This document shows, piece after piece, positions 42,060 through 56,700 of a stretch of DNA of 64,000 nucleotides (positions are counted from its first letter, which is position 1; the number at the start of each line of letters is the position of its first letter). Where the stretch lies: the NCBI GenBank assembly GCA_964016885.1, contig OZ024741.1, positions 404,736,001 to 404,800,000 on the forward strand, written 5' to 3'. A program made the translations under genes and the position numbers. The stretch comes from Eledone cirrhosa (Eukaryota). The notes under the pieces were generated by a model. The model saw only the letters and a program-made list of their open reading frames with translations, was not told the DNA's origin and made no database searches.

Positions 42060-45000
42060 CTACAGGATGGTATACAGAGAAGGCCCATTTACACGAGCCA
42101 TTCTCGCCACTATCACCCACCTTTCATAAAACTGCCTGTGGCCAAGCACCTCTCTCTCCATTCTTATCCTTCTTCCGAAGTGATATCGGAAGAAGTAGAC
42201 CAGACTATGGCCAGAGAGGAAGTTGCCTGACCTCAGACCTTTCAATCGTGTCCACCAAACAACCTCTTTCAGCATGGCTATTACGCACAGAAAAACCGCC
42301 TTTGCTTCCTTTGTGAAGAGGGGAGGCGGTTTGATTGTCATCACGGACTCGGCGGTCAATTGAATCGGCGCCACCCGCGACAGCAGTCGTTCGGCGTAGC
42401 CCCACAGATCAGCTACGCCCGGACATTGCACCAATGCGTGCGCAACGGTTTCTTTGTGACGCACGCATCTAGGGCAAATCTTTTTTGAGGGATCCCTGCC
42501 CGGACGCCCGTGTCTGTAGAGCCTCTCTCGAACGGGTAGAGCCCCCCGGTAACACTGCCAGGATAGTGATTTCTGGAAGTTGTCCATTGGTCCCGGGCCG
42601 AAAGTCTTACCGAACAGGCTGGCCAGTTCGTCCTCTTCCATGTCCAGCGACTCTCCAAGGGTGTCATCGCCCCTGCTAGCCACCAGCCCTCTATAGAATG
42701 ATGAGGTGGATTCTCCACCGACGGCCTGGCCCGCTTGCCAGAGAGCCCTGAGCGCCTGAGCACACTCAGTGTGCCAGTCTCCCAGTTTTCCGGATCTTTG
42801 CTTGACCCAGGACTGCAGTTCGGTGAGCGAGACGAGTCTCGGAAAGGCTCGTTTCACGAACGGAGCCCACACCGGTTGACCAGTGAGGAATACCTGTAGG
42901 TGCCGTAGCCTTAATGCGTGCCTACGCATCATCAACCACGGCATCCCCAGCCCTCCTTTCGAAGGTTGTTGGCAGCAGATGAATCTTCTCACCATAGGAG
43001 GGCGCTTCTTCCAAAGGAATTGGAAAAGCATGCGTTCCATGGTGGTGAGTGTTTCCTTAGGGCAAGGCACGACAGTCAGGCGGTAGTAAGTGACGGACGC
43101 TATGTAAATGTTCGCCACCTCCGCCCGCCCTTTTAGGGACAGCTTACACTTGGCCCATTTCTGGGTTAGTGCAAACACCTTGTTCGTAACCTCGTTCCAG
43201 TTCTTTTCCACCTGGAGGTCCGGTCCAAACCAGACCCCAAGCAACTTCACCGGGCCCTCCGTTCAGTGTCCGACGACACCGCCGGGAGGCATCGGTCTGC
43301 CTCTCCACGTTCCGAGTTGCAGCCCGATGGATTTTTCCTGGTTCAGTTTCGCTCCTGACAACCTTTCGTAATCCTCCAGTAAGTTACCGATCGCCTCGAT
43401 CTCCGAGTCGGTCGATACCATTACTGTTACGTCATCGGCGTAGGCCGACACCGCTTTGCTCAATCCTGGTTCCAGGGGGATACCCTGCAACAACTCCAAC
43501 TTCCTCAGTAAAGGCTCGAGAGTCAATACGTACAGAAGGGAGGAGAGAAAGCACCCCTGTCGAATGGATCGTGTGATTTCGAACGGTTTCGAAAGGTAGC
43601 CGTTCACCCTGATCCTAGAACAGATGTGGTTGCTATGTAAGGCAGTGATCCAGCCTCTGAAAACAGGACCGAACCCAGCCGGCGCTAGCACCGCATCCAG
43701 GTAACCATGGTCGACCCTATCGAAGGCCTTAGACTGATCCAAGTTGATCAGGGCCCCACCGAAGTCGGGTTTGTTGCCAACCCTCTCTATGATGTATCGC
43801 ATGAGGTGGAGGTTATCGTGAATGGACCTGGATGGGATAGCACATGTCTGCGCATCTCCCACCAGGCCACCCACGACAAGCGCCAACCTCTTTGCTAACT
43901 CCTTGGCCAAAATTTTTAACTCTGTGTTTAGCAGGGTTATGGACCGAAAATTATTTATACTATCTCCCCTGTTCTCGTCCTTCCTCACCAGCGTGACTAC
44001 GCCCTTGGCTATAGAACAAGGAATTCTCCCGTTCTGTTGCCAATTGCAGTAGACCGCTTCGGGGAGTTCGGAGAAGAAGACCGGCATTGCTAAATAAAGT
44101 TCGTAAGGTATACCATCGAGACCTGGAGATTTGCGTCTGCTGCATTGGCTCAGCGCATCTCCGATCTCATCAGCCGAGATTGGTCCCTCGCAGGACTCTG
44201 CCTCTTCGCTCGAGAGACGCGGCAGGCCGTCGAGGTATGGACCGAAATCCACGCCCCCGCCCGGACCCTCGCCTCCCCCGAACAATCGGGCAAAGTGCCT
44301 TTGAAAGGCCTCGCACATCTGCTTAGGCTCCCGGATCACCCGTCCATCCTCGTCTTGCAACGACCGGATGGTGGATCGATTTCCACTCTTAGCTTCTGTC
44401 ACGCGGGCCCAGCCAACGGCTTTGGCCCCCTCATTACCTAGAGCACGTATTTTACTTCGAATGACGCAGCCTTCGTGCTTTGCATCGAAAAACTGGTTCA
44501 AGGCCGTCCTCGATGCCAGCACTCTGGCCACATCTTCGCTCTTGATTGCCTCTTCTAATTTACCTGTTAATTCTTTCTCGTTTCTATTCCTATCGGCAGC
44601 TAACATCTTGCTATAACTTATTGATTCTGTTCTAATCTCTCTTTTGAGAGATGCCCACCATCGGTTGTTGACGATTGCACCCGTCAACCTCTCCTTAACT
44701 GATCTGCTAATCCGGTTTCTGTAAGTCTCTTTTGCCGGTAAAGACAAATTAAGTTTCCAGTAACCGGGACCCTGTTTATGTGTTTTCTCGAGATTGACTA
44801 CGCAGGTCACTAATTTGTGATCTGTGTAGACAACCGTGCACATTTCTGGACAGCTTAATATGTCCCTATCCTGACTTCTAACTAAGAATCTATCTAAGTA
44901 CGATCTAGATTGACCACTGTGGTTTCTCCAAGTCCAGGTAGGCACAGTTGGAAAATCTAGTCGATATCTATCGACCAAGTTAAAACGGTCGAGTAACCCC

Positions 45001-45497
45001 TTGAGGCTGTTACACCCCCCTCTATTAGGACATGCTCCTGCATAGTCCCAACGTGCATTTAGGATGTCATTCCAATCCCCCGCTAGAAGCAGGGAACGCG
45101 ACGTTCCCAGAAAAGTCTCCAAACGCTGGAAGAAGTCGGGCCGTTCAGCTCCGAAAGGGGAGTAGACGGCGACCAGTCTCAAGGCCGCACCTTCACTACT
45201 GCCAACGTCTAGCACCAACAAACGACCCTCCGGGTCCGAGTGCACAACCTGTACGGCAAGACCCAGGTGTTTTTGCAGCAGTACGACAACCCCACCTCCA
45301 CCTCCAGGTTGACAGAGAGATGCATGCACCTCAAAGTCATCGAAGGTAGGGGCCAGCTGCCGCACGACGCTGATTCGAGTCTCACAGATAACCATTACAT
45401 TTATACCACATGACCTGAGGTCATTTAGAAGCTTTGCTTGCTTCCAAGTTGAGCCCAGGCCACGTGCATTCAAACATCCTACTCTTAACAGATCCAT
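42060..45497 (-). pseudogene. Tx1 ORF2 with a single premature stop (GH*TEGP vs GRWTEGP in copy A)
   Basis: TGA in place of a Trp codon at 43263-43265; both halves are in frame. Confidence 0.9.
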
Positions 45498-45530
45498 GTG
45501 GGCGGCAAAGCCAAAGGAGAGTGTAGAGAC

Positions 45531-47506
45531 CTACCTTTCCGCTTCCCGGGGTTCGGGTCGCACGACTTCCATGGGGTCGGGGGTGTTGGGTGAAGGGGTG
45601 TCTTGTGATGGTGTGGGGTTGTCAGTGTGTGGTGGGGTTGGGGTGTTTGGAGTTGTGTTGGGGAGGGGAAGGGGAGCGGGAAAGCTTTTTAGTAGGAAAC
45701 GGTTTATGGGTTTGACAGAGGGTGGTCCTACGTCCTCCTTAAAATCCTTTTTTACTTTTTGGTAGAGGTTCATTGGGATCTTTATTAATTTTAAATGTGG
45801 GTAGTTTTCTGAAGAAACAAAGTTTACACCTTCGGTTTGTACCGAAGGATTATTGTATATGAGTTCATTTAATTTATTATTGTTTCTGTTGATGTAAGTA
45901 TAGTGTAATGTCTTTTTTTCGGATGGTGTGAGTGTTTCGAAGAGGGGAGGGACAGGTTTGGTTTTGTTTGTTGCTGGAGGGGTGTTTTCTGTTTTGTTGG
46001 ATTGTGTTGAGATTTGGGTGGGGGTTGTTTGGCCTTGTGTGTTTTGCACATGTTTTCTTTTTTTCCTTTTAATCTGTCTGAAGGACTCCGTTTCTTCCTC
46101 CGAATTCGTTGGGTTATCTTCAGTGTTGGAGGGAAGAGGTATGTTTGCTGGTAATGTTTCCGTGTTGGTTTTCTTTGTGGGGGAGATGGATGTCACTATG
46201 TTAGACTGTGTTGTGTGTTGTGTCTGCGGTGGTTGTGTTGTTTTATTGAGTGAGGGGTTGGGTGGGCCTGTATTTTGTTTTGGGGTAATGTGTTGTGACT
46301 GTTTGTGTTGTGGTGGTGGTGTAGATTTACTGAGGGACGGGTTGGGTGGGACTGAGTTTTGTTGTTTGTTTATCTGTTGTGGTGGTGGTGGTGGTGGAGC
46401 TGGTGTTGGTAGCAGGGTTTTCTTTTTGTTGAGTTGGGGACAAGCGGCCTTCAGGTGCCCTCTGCCTGCACAGATATGACAGGACGGCCTTCTCCCCTCC
46501 ACGCTAATTTTTATATACGCGTGGCCCTCTAATAGGATTCTGTCGGGTATTTGGGCGATGCGTTCAGGCTTCATTTGCACTACCAGCTCTATACCTGTTC
46601 CACTGAACGCATTGCCTGTGGTTTTCCCAATGGAAATTACGTTGTCATTCACTGGATCGATGAAGCCAGCTATGAGCCAGCAGTAGTCCACATCTGGCAT
46701 CATTGCATCCAGCCATATGCGTTGAGTTCTTTTACCCATATAAGATGGATAAAAGGTAAAATTTTTCGAACGAATCGGTGACAAAGCACATTTTTTTGCC
46801 GCCGATTCGTTCTTCATAATAATTGCTAGGCTTCCATACAGTCTGTCTTTTCTTATGAAAGTGGTTTCATTAAGTACTTCTGTGAGTAGTTTTGATATCT
46901 GCCTGAGTTGGCTGTTCAGGTTTTTTTGAAGTGTTGTTGATGGTGCGGAACACGACCGTTCTACTTTCAATGTCTTTGGTGAGTTCTTGAGGCATTTTTA
47001 CCGATAAAATACCATTCTCTCCTTCACTTATGTATTGTTTGGCGTCTGTGATTCTTCGTGCCACATCTGAAATATTTTCAGGTATATATGTCAAAGATTT
47101 CTTTGTTGTTTGTGCAAATGAAATCTTGTTGACTCTGTCGTCTGCTTTGCTTTCTGTTATGGTGTTATTTTCAAATGTTATTTTTGTGTTTGTTGTGTCT
47201 TTGTTTGTGGTATTAGTATTGTCATGCAATTTTTCAAATTATTTTTTTTTCGTTGTTGGAATCCAGATTTGTGTTTTCAAATCTTTTTTTTTCGTTGTTG
47301 GAATCCAGATTTGTGTTTTCGTCATTTTTCTCCGCAGATTCGTCTGTTTTTATTTTATTTTTTCCTTCCTTCTCTATGACGTTAGTTGGGAAGGAAGGGG
47401 GGACTAAAGCGTGCGAGCTTACAACTCTTACCGCTGTCCCCCCACCACTATTTTCGTTCGCTTCGTTTAACATTTCTGTCAGACGATTGAAATTTTTTTG
47501 CCACAA
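45531..47506 (-). pseudogene. Tx1 ORF1, frameshifted
   Basis: FYPSYMGKRTQRI, SVEGRRPSC and the CCHC knuckle match copy A. Confidence 0.82.
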
Positions 47507-48234
47507 AATTTTTTAAAACAGGTTTTTCACCTCTAGGAGGGGTAAAGATGAGCTGACCCACCGCCTGACAGTTCAGACGGGGGGTCAAGCTACACAATAA
47601 TATCAAAATTAAATTTGAACTCACAAAATTTCCGCAATAAATTTGAACAAAACTTCTGCGCGAAGTGAATTACATCCACACTGTAGAACAGACGACAGCT
47701 AGATTGAAAGATAGATAGATAGATAGATAGATTGACAATAAGATCCCAAGTTCACTCTCACAGCTTTGTACTTGGGGCAAATATCATTTAAAATATCCTG
47801 AGGTCGACCCTCACCCTGTGATTGAAGCCACAGCAACTTGGGCAAATGTCATTTAACATATCCTAGGCTCTACCATCACCTTTTCATTCAAACTATAATC
47901 TCTTGGGAAAATGTAATTTTTCATACCCAGGGGCCGAGCCTCACGTTATCATTGAAACTATAATCAATAACATCATTTACTCTTGTAGCTCTACAATCCC
48001 AATTCAAATTTTGCAAGGCCGATGTTGCTATTTAAATAAATATGTCAATTTAGTTGTATTTAGATTGTTGATAGATCAGTCCATTAGATATATCGACATT
48101 AGTTGAACTATTTTAAAATAATTCGAAGGTCAAACAATACATAGAAAGCTTATAGGAATTGTTTAACCTTCCAATCATTTCAAATTATTATACTGACACA
48201 ATGCTTTTAAAAGATGCCTCGAAATTCAATAATA

Positions 48235-48594
48235 TACGAGAGTTGTCTGAGTGGTTTATAGGCTGAATATGAAGGAGGGATGCTAGAGCTGTGAAATCTT
48301 GCATGCATTAATTTCAGCTTTTCTTATCTATAACTGCTTTGTTTCTTTCCAGGGACTATGTTGAAAAATAAACCTCATTTGGTCATTCCATGAGAGTATC
48401 TTGGTCAGCCTATGAAGGAGTGATGTTAGAGCTGTGAAATCTTGCATGCATTAATTTCAACTATTCTTATTAATAACTGCATTGATTCTTTCTAGAGAAT
48501 ATATTGAAAAATAAACCTCATTTGATCATTCCATGAGAGTATCTGAGTCAGCCTATGAATGTTTCAGCCTACGAAGTTTTCAGCCGACCCTCGT
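48235..48594. mobile_element. Mariner-like non-autonomous element with internal ~121-bp duplication; partial copy 50905-51022
   Basis: TIR-like tacgagggtcggatgaaaagttcatagg (50905) matches the inverse cctacgaagttttcagccgaccctcgt (48568-48594). Confidence 0.6.
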
Positions 48595-48651
48595 TTATTA
48601 AATTAACTATTAGTTTAATGTATGCGATCTTAATGTTGTTGTTGTTGTTGT

Positions 48652-48893
48652 TACAGCTCACACCTATGTAGGTTTAGCTGGCCTCCTCCATGGTATAACT
48701 CGTTGGAGGTGTCTTTGGTAATTTAATGATAGGGACCCCAGTCCTATGATCTCATTTCTACAGCTGAGTAAACTGGAGCGACGTGGAATAAAGTGTCTTG
48801 CTCAAGGAAACAACACATCACCCGGTCCAAGCATTGAACTCACAACCTTTCGATTGCAAGCCCAATCCTCTAACCACTAAGCCATGTACCTTC
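48652..48893 (-). mobile_element. tRNA-derived SINE with CORE-like domain (other copies 3132-3250 +, 6134-6340 -, 19900-20020 -)
   Basis: A box tggcttagtgg, B box agttcaatgc, then ccttgagcaagacactttat; (AAC)n tail. Confidence 0.78.
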
Positions 48894-49448
48894 ACTAATG
48901 AGTAATTAATATCGGGGTTTCATTCTTGTCGGTTGTCTTCTACATGTATAAACGCTTTACAAATTGTGTAGAACAATGTTCTCCTAATTAGAACAATGTT
49001 CTCCTAATTAGAAGCTCTCGTGAATTACTGTGAAGTATATCATCCACTGACGAAGTCCAATACAATAGAAGTATATCCGAAGTTATCTCCCATGCTTGCA
49101 GGAATTATTAATAACGTTGTCTTATCTTTTCCTCGTTGCAAACTAATCTCTAATTAGATATTGTTATCCTCAGTACATTAACAATGTTAATAACACTAAC
49201 TTTGCTATTGCTATTTATATTACCGAATCCGATGAAATAAGGGACCAATGAAATTCTAATTCCTAATCAATTAAGTAAATAGTAGCCATGTTGACTAAAT
49301 AAGACATCATTGTACTAAACAATAGACAGAAAAAATATCTCCCACTGCAGTTTAATAATGTATAAAACATTACACAATAGAAGGACTTGCTTTTCTAAAG
49401 GCATATTGACAAATTGGTCATAGGATAAAGTTTCATACATTAATGTAA

Positions 49449-49507
<59 letters not shown>

Positions 49508-50511
49508 TGTGTGTGTGTGTGTGCGCGCGTGTGCGTTTGTATATATATATATATATGAGTGTTTTTATTTGTACTCCCATGCGCATGTAACTATGAATAT
49601 ATACATGCATATATGTATACATATGTGTGTGGTGTATATATATGTATATATATATATATATACATATGTTATATTTAGATAGATTGATTCGATAAATAGA
49701 TGGATAGTTAGATAGATGGAGAGATAGAGAGATAAAGAGATATAGATATATGCATATGTATACATAGAAATATATAATTATATAAATACATATATATACA
49801 GAGAAAGAGAGTAAAAACAGAGTGATTAAGTTAGCTAGATAGATACATATATACATATATGTAGGATATATGTATATGTGTGTGTGCCTGCTTATGTATG
49901 TGTGTAAAGTGTATATCTATATAAACATATACGCATATTGGTGTATATGTGTGTGTGTTTGTGTACGTGATGAATATTGAATTGTATCTTTGTATACTAC
50001 AAATTCGGTCTATATGTATATGTATACAAACACAGACACACATATATATATATACATGCATACACACATGCATACATACACACATACATATATGCAAATC
50101 ATATATTCAAATCATACATTCATATATGCATACGTACATGCACGCATTGATGAATTCTTGCATACATGCTTACATATATATACACACATACATAGAAACA
50201 AACAAATATATAAACATACATACATACATACATACATACATACATACATACATACATACATACATACATACATACATACATACATTGCTATGTACATGCC
50301 AGACTCAATGCAGATCTGCTATTTGATTGAAAGGGGTGGAATGTGGGGTAGCAGATACGGATGGTTTGTGGTGGACGTGACCAAGAGAACTAATTTCATT
50401 ATCCTAGACATGACATCAGACTCTGCAGTATTGATTCCATCGACAATAATCAATTTGATTTTACCATCCTGATGAAAACTGCTGTATCAAGAGGATTTGA
50501 TATTTACCATT

Positions 50512-50571
<60 letters not shown>

Positions 50572-51659
50572 GTTTCTTATATAGGCACAAGGACAGCAAT
50601 TTTGCAGGAGGGGAAAGTCGATTAAATCTACCCCAGTACATTACTGGTACTTTATTTTATCGACCCCGTAAGGATGAAAGGCAAATTAACCTCGGCGGGA
50701 TTTGAACTCAGACCAAAAAGGGCCGTAATGTAATACTAATAATAATTTCTTATTTAGGACCGAGGCAAACAATTTGGAGAGAGGTAAGTCGATTAAATTG
50801 ACCCCAGTGTTCTTTGACAGCATTTGCATGGGTTGGGAAATATGTTTCTGTGCACACAAAATCGTCATTCAAGACCTAAATACATCCTCTTTCTTTCTGA
50901 CATATACGAGGGTCGGATGAAAAGTTCATAGGAGGACTATGACGGAGTGACGCTAGAGCTGTGAAATCTTGTCTCATTTGATCATTCCATCAGAGTATCT
51001 TGGTCTGCCTATGAACTTTTCATAAAGATCTTCTAAAATCTGTCTCAGAGATTTCAGTACTAAAAATAAATAGGTTGTACAGACTGTGAAAGTTATAAAA
51101 GAAAACCCCACACATACATTGGGTGGAAAATGTTGGCATATAATTCCTGCTGTTTTCTAACATGTTGACCCCGTTTATTGCTAATTTTCAAATACTGATA
51201 AATATTTGTAATGCGTTAATTTTCAATAATAGAGAGTAAGATAGTTGAAATTTAAGTCATTGAATCGTAAAATCTCACATCTATTCTCATTAAAGTCTTA
51301 ATATCTGCTAATTAAATTTGATAAGAAAATAGCATCTCTGTATTTGTCAGTGAAATGGTGCTGTCTAAAGAGAGTAATGATGTGTGTACATTCTTCTAGA
51401 ACAAGTAGATCCAGCACACACTCCTGAAACTGTTATTCTTCAACTCTTAAACGATTCCCAGCAAGACATGAAATAAGAATGTCTAGATTGGGGAAATCAA
51501 AACTAGATGAAAGATTGCAAAGATCAGTACAGATATTAGCATATATCGAAGTAAACATGACTGTGTGATTCAGAAGAACAGCTTGCTACAACAAAGTGTT
51601 ACCGAGTTCGATACCAAGGGGTGTCATATAGAGTATTTTCTAACATTTCTATGACTGTC

Positions 51660-51930
51660 TCATATCTTGAGCTATATTGGAGGTCTTCTACTACAGTATC
51701 GAGTCTACCCATGCCTCTCGCCAGTGTGTCTGTGTCTCACTCGTGCCTTGTGCTACATTAGGGGTCTTCTGCTATAGTCACTGGTCGACCCATGCCTCGC
51801 GCCTCATTGTGTGTCTTCTGCAATAATCTCGTGTCGACCCATGTCACGCGCCACATTGGATGTCTTCTACCTAGTCTAGGGTCGATCCATCTGTCGGGCC
51901 ACATCGAGTATCTTCTACCATAGCCTAGAG
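51660..51930 (+). repeat. Degenerate ~50-bp tandem repeat (gtcttctrctatag..gtcgacccatg)
   Basis: Motif recurs about 5 times. Confidence 0.55.
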
Positions 51931-53496
51931 ATGACTTATGCCTTCGGTATAACATAATGTGAGACCCAAAATTGTGACGAGGTCCGTCAGATTGACTGAA
52001 CCTGTTCTTACCTAGGTCACCTAACTTGTCACTCAGTTTTGGTCTCTTTTGGAATGTTTATGGATAAATCATTAAATGTGATTTCAACCACCATTTTCGT
52101 CACAAACGTGGAGTCTCCATATTACAGACAAAGAGGAACGCCCTTCATCGCCTGATTGAACATTAAAAAGAACTTTCAACAAACATTTACCGTTGGGTTC
52201 ATATGTTTCCGCCAGGATACAACAACGCAATATTCTAGACATGGAGAGAAGATAGTCCCAATATCATTATTCACTCACTCATCCTTGGGCTCAGAACCCT
52301 TAGTAGAATCGTAGAGGCATTCGTCAAGACATACAGCGTGTGGCGAACATTTAAAGACCGTAGAACCCATCCCCTCATCAGATCAGAACACATCCAATTT
52401 CTTCAAGAAAATTATAAAGAGAGGGGAGAGAAAGGAAGAATTTGACTGGTATTTTAATTATTGACTTCGAAAGGATGAAAAACAAATTCGACTTCGGTGG
52501 GATTTGAACTCACTTTGCCATTTTCACCGCCCTCTGTAGCATTATTCGAGACACAGAGTAATGTTTTGTAGTTCTATAATCTATCGTCTCCACCAAACAT
52601 GCTTGTTTTCTCCTCATTGAGAAATACTTCAAATGATTTAGTACAGGTGCTAGGCGCTGAATTGGTGGAGCTGTTGGAAAGTCTGATAGAATACTTCGTG
52701 GGGTTCGTTCTGGCTCTCTGTGTTCAAATCCCGCAAAGGTCGACTCTACCTTTCAAGATCGATAAAAAGTACCAGTGTAGTACTGGGGTAGAAACATCCT
52801 CTATATCTCTTTCTCACTTCAATTCCTTCACTCCCTATCCCTCCCAGGAAGAAACCTGTTATATTGAGACCTAGAGATGGGTTTCGCCAAGGTTTTTTTA
52901 ATGCCCTAAAAATACCGTATGTCATTACGGTGCCCCTACGACAGCACCAAGAGTTACTGCTACATAAGTACAGTTGTTGCAGCTCAATCGTTTTAACAGG
53001 TTGTACAGTTTGTAAATTATAATAAAACCACCAAATATAGATTGGATGAAAATTGTTATGATGACGTTTTTTCCGGTCGTTACCAACATTTTAGCCCCCC
53101 TGTATCTTATTGTATTGTTCATTGTCAGATTATTGCTCAATATAATTTGTAATTTGTCAAATCTCAGTGAACGAGTGCTGAAATAGATGAGAATCGGGTC
53201 AGTGAGCCATAAAATCTCGCATCTATTCTCATTAAAATCTTTAATATCTGCTAATTAAATTTGTTGATAAAACATCTCTATATTTCTCAAGTGAAACGAA
53301 GCAATCTAAAGAGAAAAGTTTCGATAAATATGTGATTTCTATATATGTATCTATACAAGGCGGGGGTGGAATCAGTAGAGCGTCAGACAGAATATCTTCC
53401 GCTACTCGTTCTAACTCTGGAATGAAATACGACCGAAGTCAACATTCCATGTTATCTCAGCAGAAGCGATAAATAAGGTCCAATATTGGTGCCGAG

Positions 53497-53582
<86 letters not shown>

Positions 53583-53658
53583 CTCTCGCTCTTTCACTCT
53601 CACTCACTCATTTCTCTCCCTCTCTCTGTATATATATATATATATATATATCCCTCTC

Positions 53659-53693
<35 letters not shown>

Positions 53694-53696
53694 CTC

Positions 53697-53755
<59 letters not shown>

Positions 53756-56700
53756 CGATGGGAAAAATCTTAAAATTGGTTCCTCAAATATGAAGAGGAC
53801 TTCAAAACAATGCATCACACAGATAACCCCTTTACAAAGAAATTTAACAAAACAGGAATCCCCTCAGCAACATACATACTTCCAACACCAACACACATAA
53901 ACCACAGACAAAACCCCACTCTACGCAGACCAAATACAACCAACTACAGCAGAAGAAACATACCTAACCACCACAACATAGGTACCCACAATAATATCCC
54001 CTACAGAAACCAACCCCTAAACAACATAGAACTAATCAGCAATACAAACACCATACACTCCAGAAGAAATCCACCCAGACCACATGAAATCCCAACAAAA
54101 CCTCTCCATATTAACAACTACAACAGGTATCACTCCCAACACTACAAGAAACAACCCCACAACATCAACACTGTGTATCCCAGAAGGAACCCACCCAGAC
54201 CACATGAACCCGCAACAGAACCCTTACACAATAACAACTACAACAGACACCACCCCCATCACCACATTAACTCTCATGAAAAAAACAAACTACAGACCCA
54301 TACAAAACAGACAAGCAGACTACAATTACAACCAAAACAACATTCCTTTCTTAGGAACAAGACTGAAATGCGAGGACACACGATGGCCCCCACTCATGAG
54401 AAGCCGAAAATAATTAACCTCTCAAAGATACCACTAATCAACACACAAATTAATATATTAAGACTGAAATTTACACCCACACCACAAAAATCTAACTTCC
54501 CCGAAATGAAAGATGACATCATGGAATTCTGCTGAAAACGTAGACTCATAGAATACTTCTCCAATGACAGCAACACTGAAGATGAATCAATAGTCAGAAA
54601 CAAAAGTGATTTCTGCCCACAGAAAGGGAGGGACACAACACTGGACACCTACTGCGAACGCACCATCAACTTTTCCTATGAACAAATCACAAATAAACAC
54701 ACGAAATCGAACCTCTCCAAACAAGAATGGAAAGAATTATTCACACTGAGAAACAACACTGAAATAACCATCAAAGAAGCTGATAAAGGGAGCACTGTAG
54801 TCATTATGGACACTGACTTCTATAGAGACCTGGCACTCAAGATCTTAGACAACAGATACTACGAAAAAACAGCAAACTACAAACAAACTAAAACTATAGG
54901 GAACCTCCTAGTATTACTGCAAAAATACCGCAGTAGCCTAACCACAAAGGAATTTAAATACATTTCAAATGTAATACAAGTGCTTTCTACGGCTTACCGA
55001 AGATTCATAAATGTAAACCCATAAGCAATGCATGCGACACCTCAAATAACAAATATGATACATACAATTAACACCACCAGAAGACTTAAAACTCAGACCA
55101 ATTATAGCAGGCCCTGCATGTGAAACCCACAGACTTAGCAACTTCCTGGACATCCTACAGAAGCCCTTTCTAAAACATATACAGAGCTACATACGAGATG
55201 ACCTGGATATGCTGAACCACCTACCCAAAACAGTAAGTGTAAACACTATTCTAGTCTCCTTTGACGTAATAACTCTCTACACTAACATACCCCATAACCA
55301 TGGAATAACAGCAATCCAGTACTGGCTAGATACTCACCAATCTGAAAAACCAACACGCATCAACAAAAACTTCATTATTGATGGACTCCGATTTATCTTA
55401 CAGAATAATTTCTTTACTTTCAATGACTCAACATACCGACAAATCTCAGGTACTGCAATGGGCACAAAGATAGCCCCACATACGCCAACTTAGTCATAGG
55501 ATTCCCCGAACAACAAATCTACAACCAATCCCTTCTATTATTCGGAGACTCTCTCCTTACGCATCTCAAAAACAACTGGAAGAGATACCTCGACGATTGC
55601 TTCATTCTATGGCAGGAAGACACAAATACACTCACCCTTTTCAAGAATATGATTAACAACATTAACAATAATATACAGTTCACAATGGGATTTAACTCCA
55701 AGGAATTAGCCTTCCTGGATATTCTCATTCTAAAAACAGATGGGAAAATAGAGACAGACATCTATTACAAACCCACGGACTCCAAACAGTACCTCCTATT
55801 CACATCAAATCACAAAGACACACAAACCTATCTACAACCTTACGGTAACAAAATGCGAAAGAACGAACTGTGGAACATGCCTATACTTAATTGAAGGGCA
55901 AAAAATCACGTTCAAAGATGGTCAATCTTTTACAGTGAAAAACAACTTCACTTGCAACTCGGAGAACCTAATCTATGTAATCACATGTGGTGGTTGTCAA
56001 CATAACTATATAGGACAGACGGAGTTTCATACGCAAAAGAATGACCATCCATCGCCAATAAATCCGAGACGTAAACACATTGCAGATTGTGCAGGAACGA
56101 CTCTCCCCAACTTTAAAATCTCCCCCTTTACAAGTGCTCCAATTCTTTCACTCAACAACAAAGAATAAATAAGGAAAAACTATTTAACAAATTTAAACCA
56201 AAACTAAATATGTAATCACCCTCATTAGTTTCCCCCCACACACGCGCGCACTGCAGTGTGCGTATGTGTGTGTGTGCATATATGTATATACATGGAGATA
56301 TATATATATGTATATATGTATGTGTGTATACACCACAAAGTACGAGGGTAAAAAATTACCCATTGCAAAAGCTAATGCCACTGATATTCTGGCCCTCTTC
56401 AAAGAAAGAGATTTTTTTGAGAAAGAAAAAATATTTTTTTCTAAAAGAATTTTTTTCTAATGTTTAAACTTTGGGATTCCGAGAATCCTTTAGCTCTTAG
56501 CCTTTAACTTTTGACAATTTTCGGAATTTTGTAGAAAAAAATGTTACTTAATTCCCTCTGTGTATATATTTATTTATTTATTTATTCAATCATTTATATA
56601 TACACGCACTGTGTCTCGTTTTGAAAAGATTTTTTAAGATCTTTTAATTTAAAAAAAAATGATTTTTTAGAGAGAAAGATTTTTTTAAGAGTTTCTTTTG

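Larger units (their letters stand above)
41843..47700 (-). mobile_element. Tx1/L1-clade non-LTR retrotransposon copy C (full length, one in-frame stop in ORF2)
   Basis: ORF1 pieces 47234-47506, 46870-47229, 45531-46970 (CHICAGRGHLKAAC). ORF2 43263-45497 and 42060-43250 lie in the same frame. (GATA)n at 41829-41840 and 47710-47731. Confidence 0.93.

Noticed and set aside
43263-43265. Selenocysteine or readthrough TGA in copy C ORF2
   Set aside because: It aligns to Trp (TGG) in copies A and B, so it is a single G-to-A nonsense change.
30286-46781. Numerous plus-strand and alternative-frame ORFs over the Tx1 copies
   Set aside because: Shadow ORFs of GC-rich coding sequence with no independent motifs.
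35269-47234. Programmed frameshifting in Tx1 ORF1 (breaks near 35270, 41280, 47240)
   Set aside because: The breaks fall in or next to A/T homopolymers in low-complexity sequence and other breaks are scattered. Decay or sequencing error is the simpler explanation; a family consensus would settle it.
51960-53160. Possible host exons in moderately complex sequence (also 1-300 and 5000-5700)
   Set aside because: No recognisable protein motif or convincing splice-bounded frame; needs RNA-seq or BLASTX.
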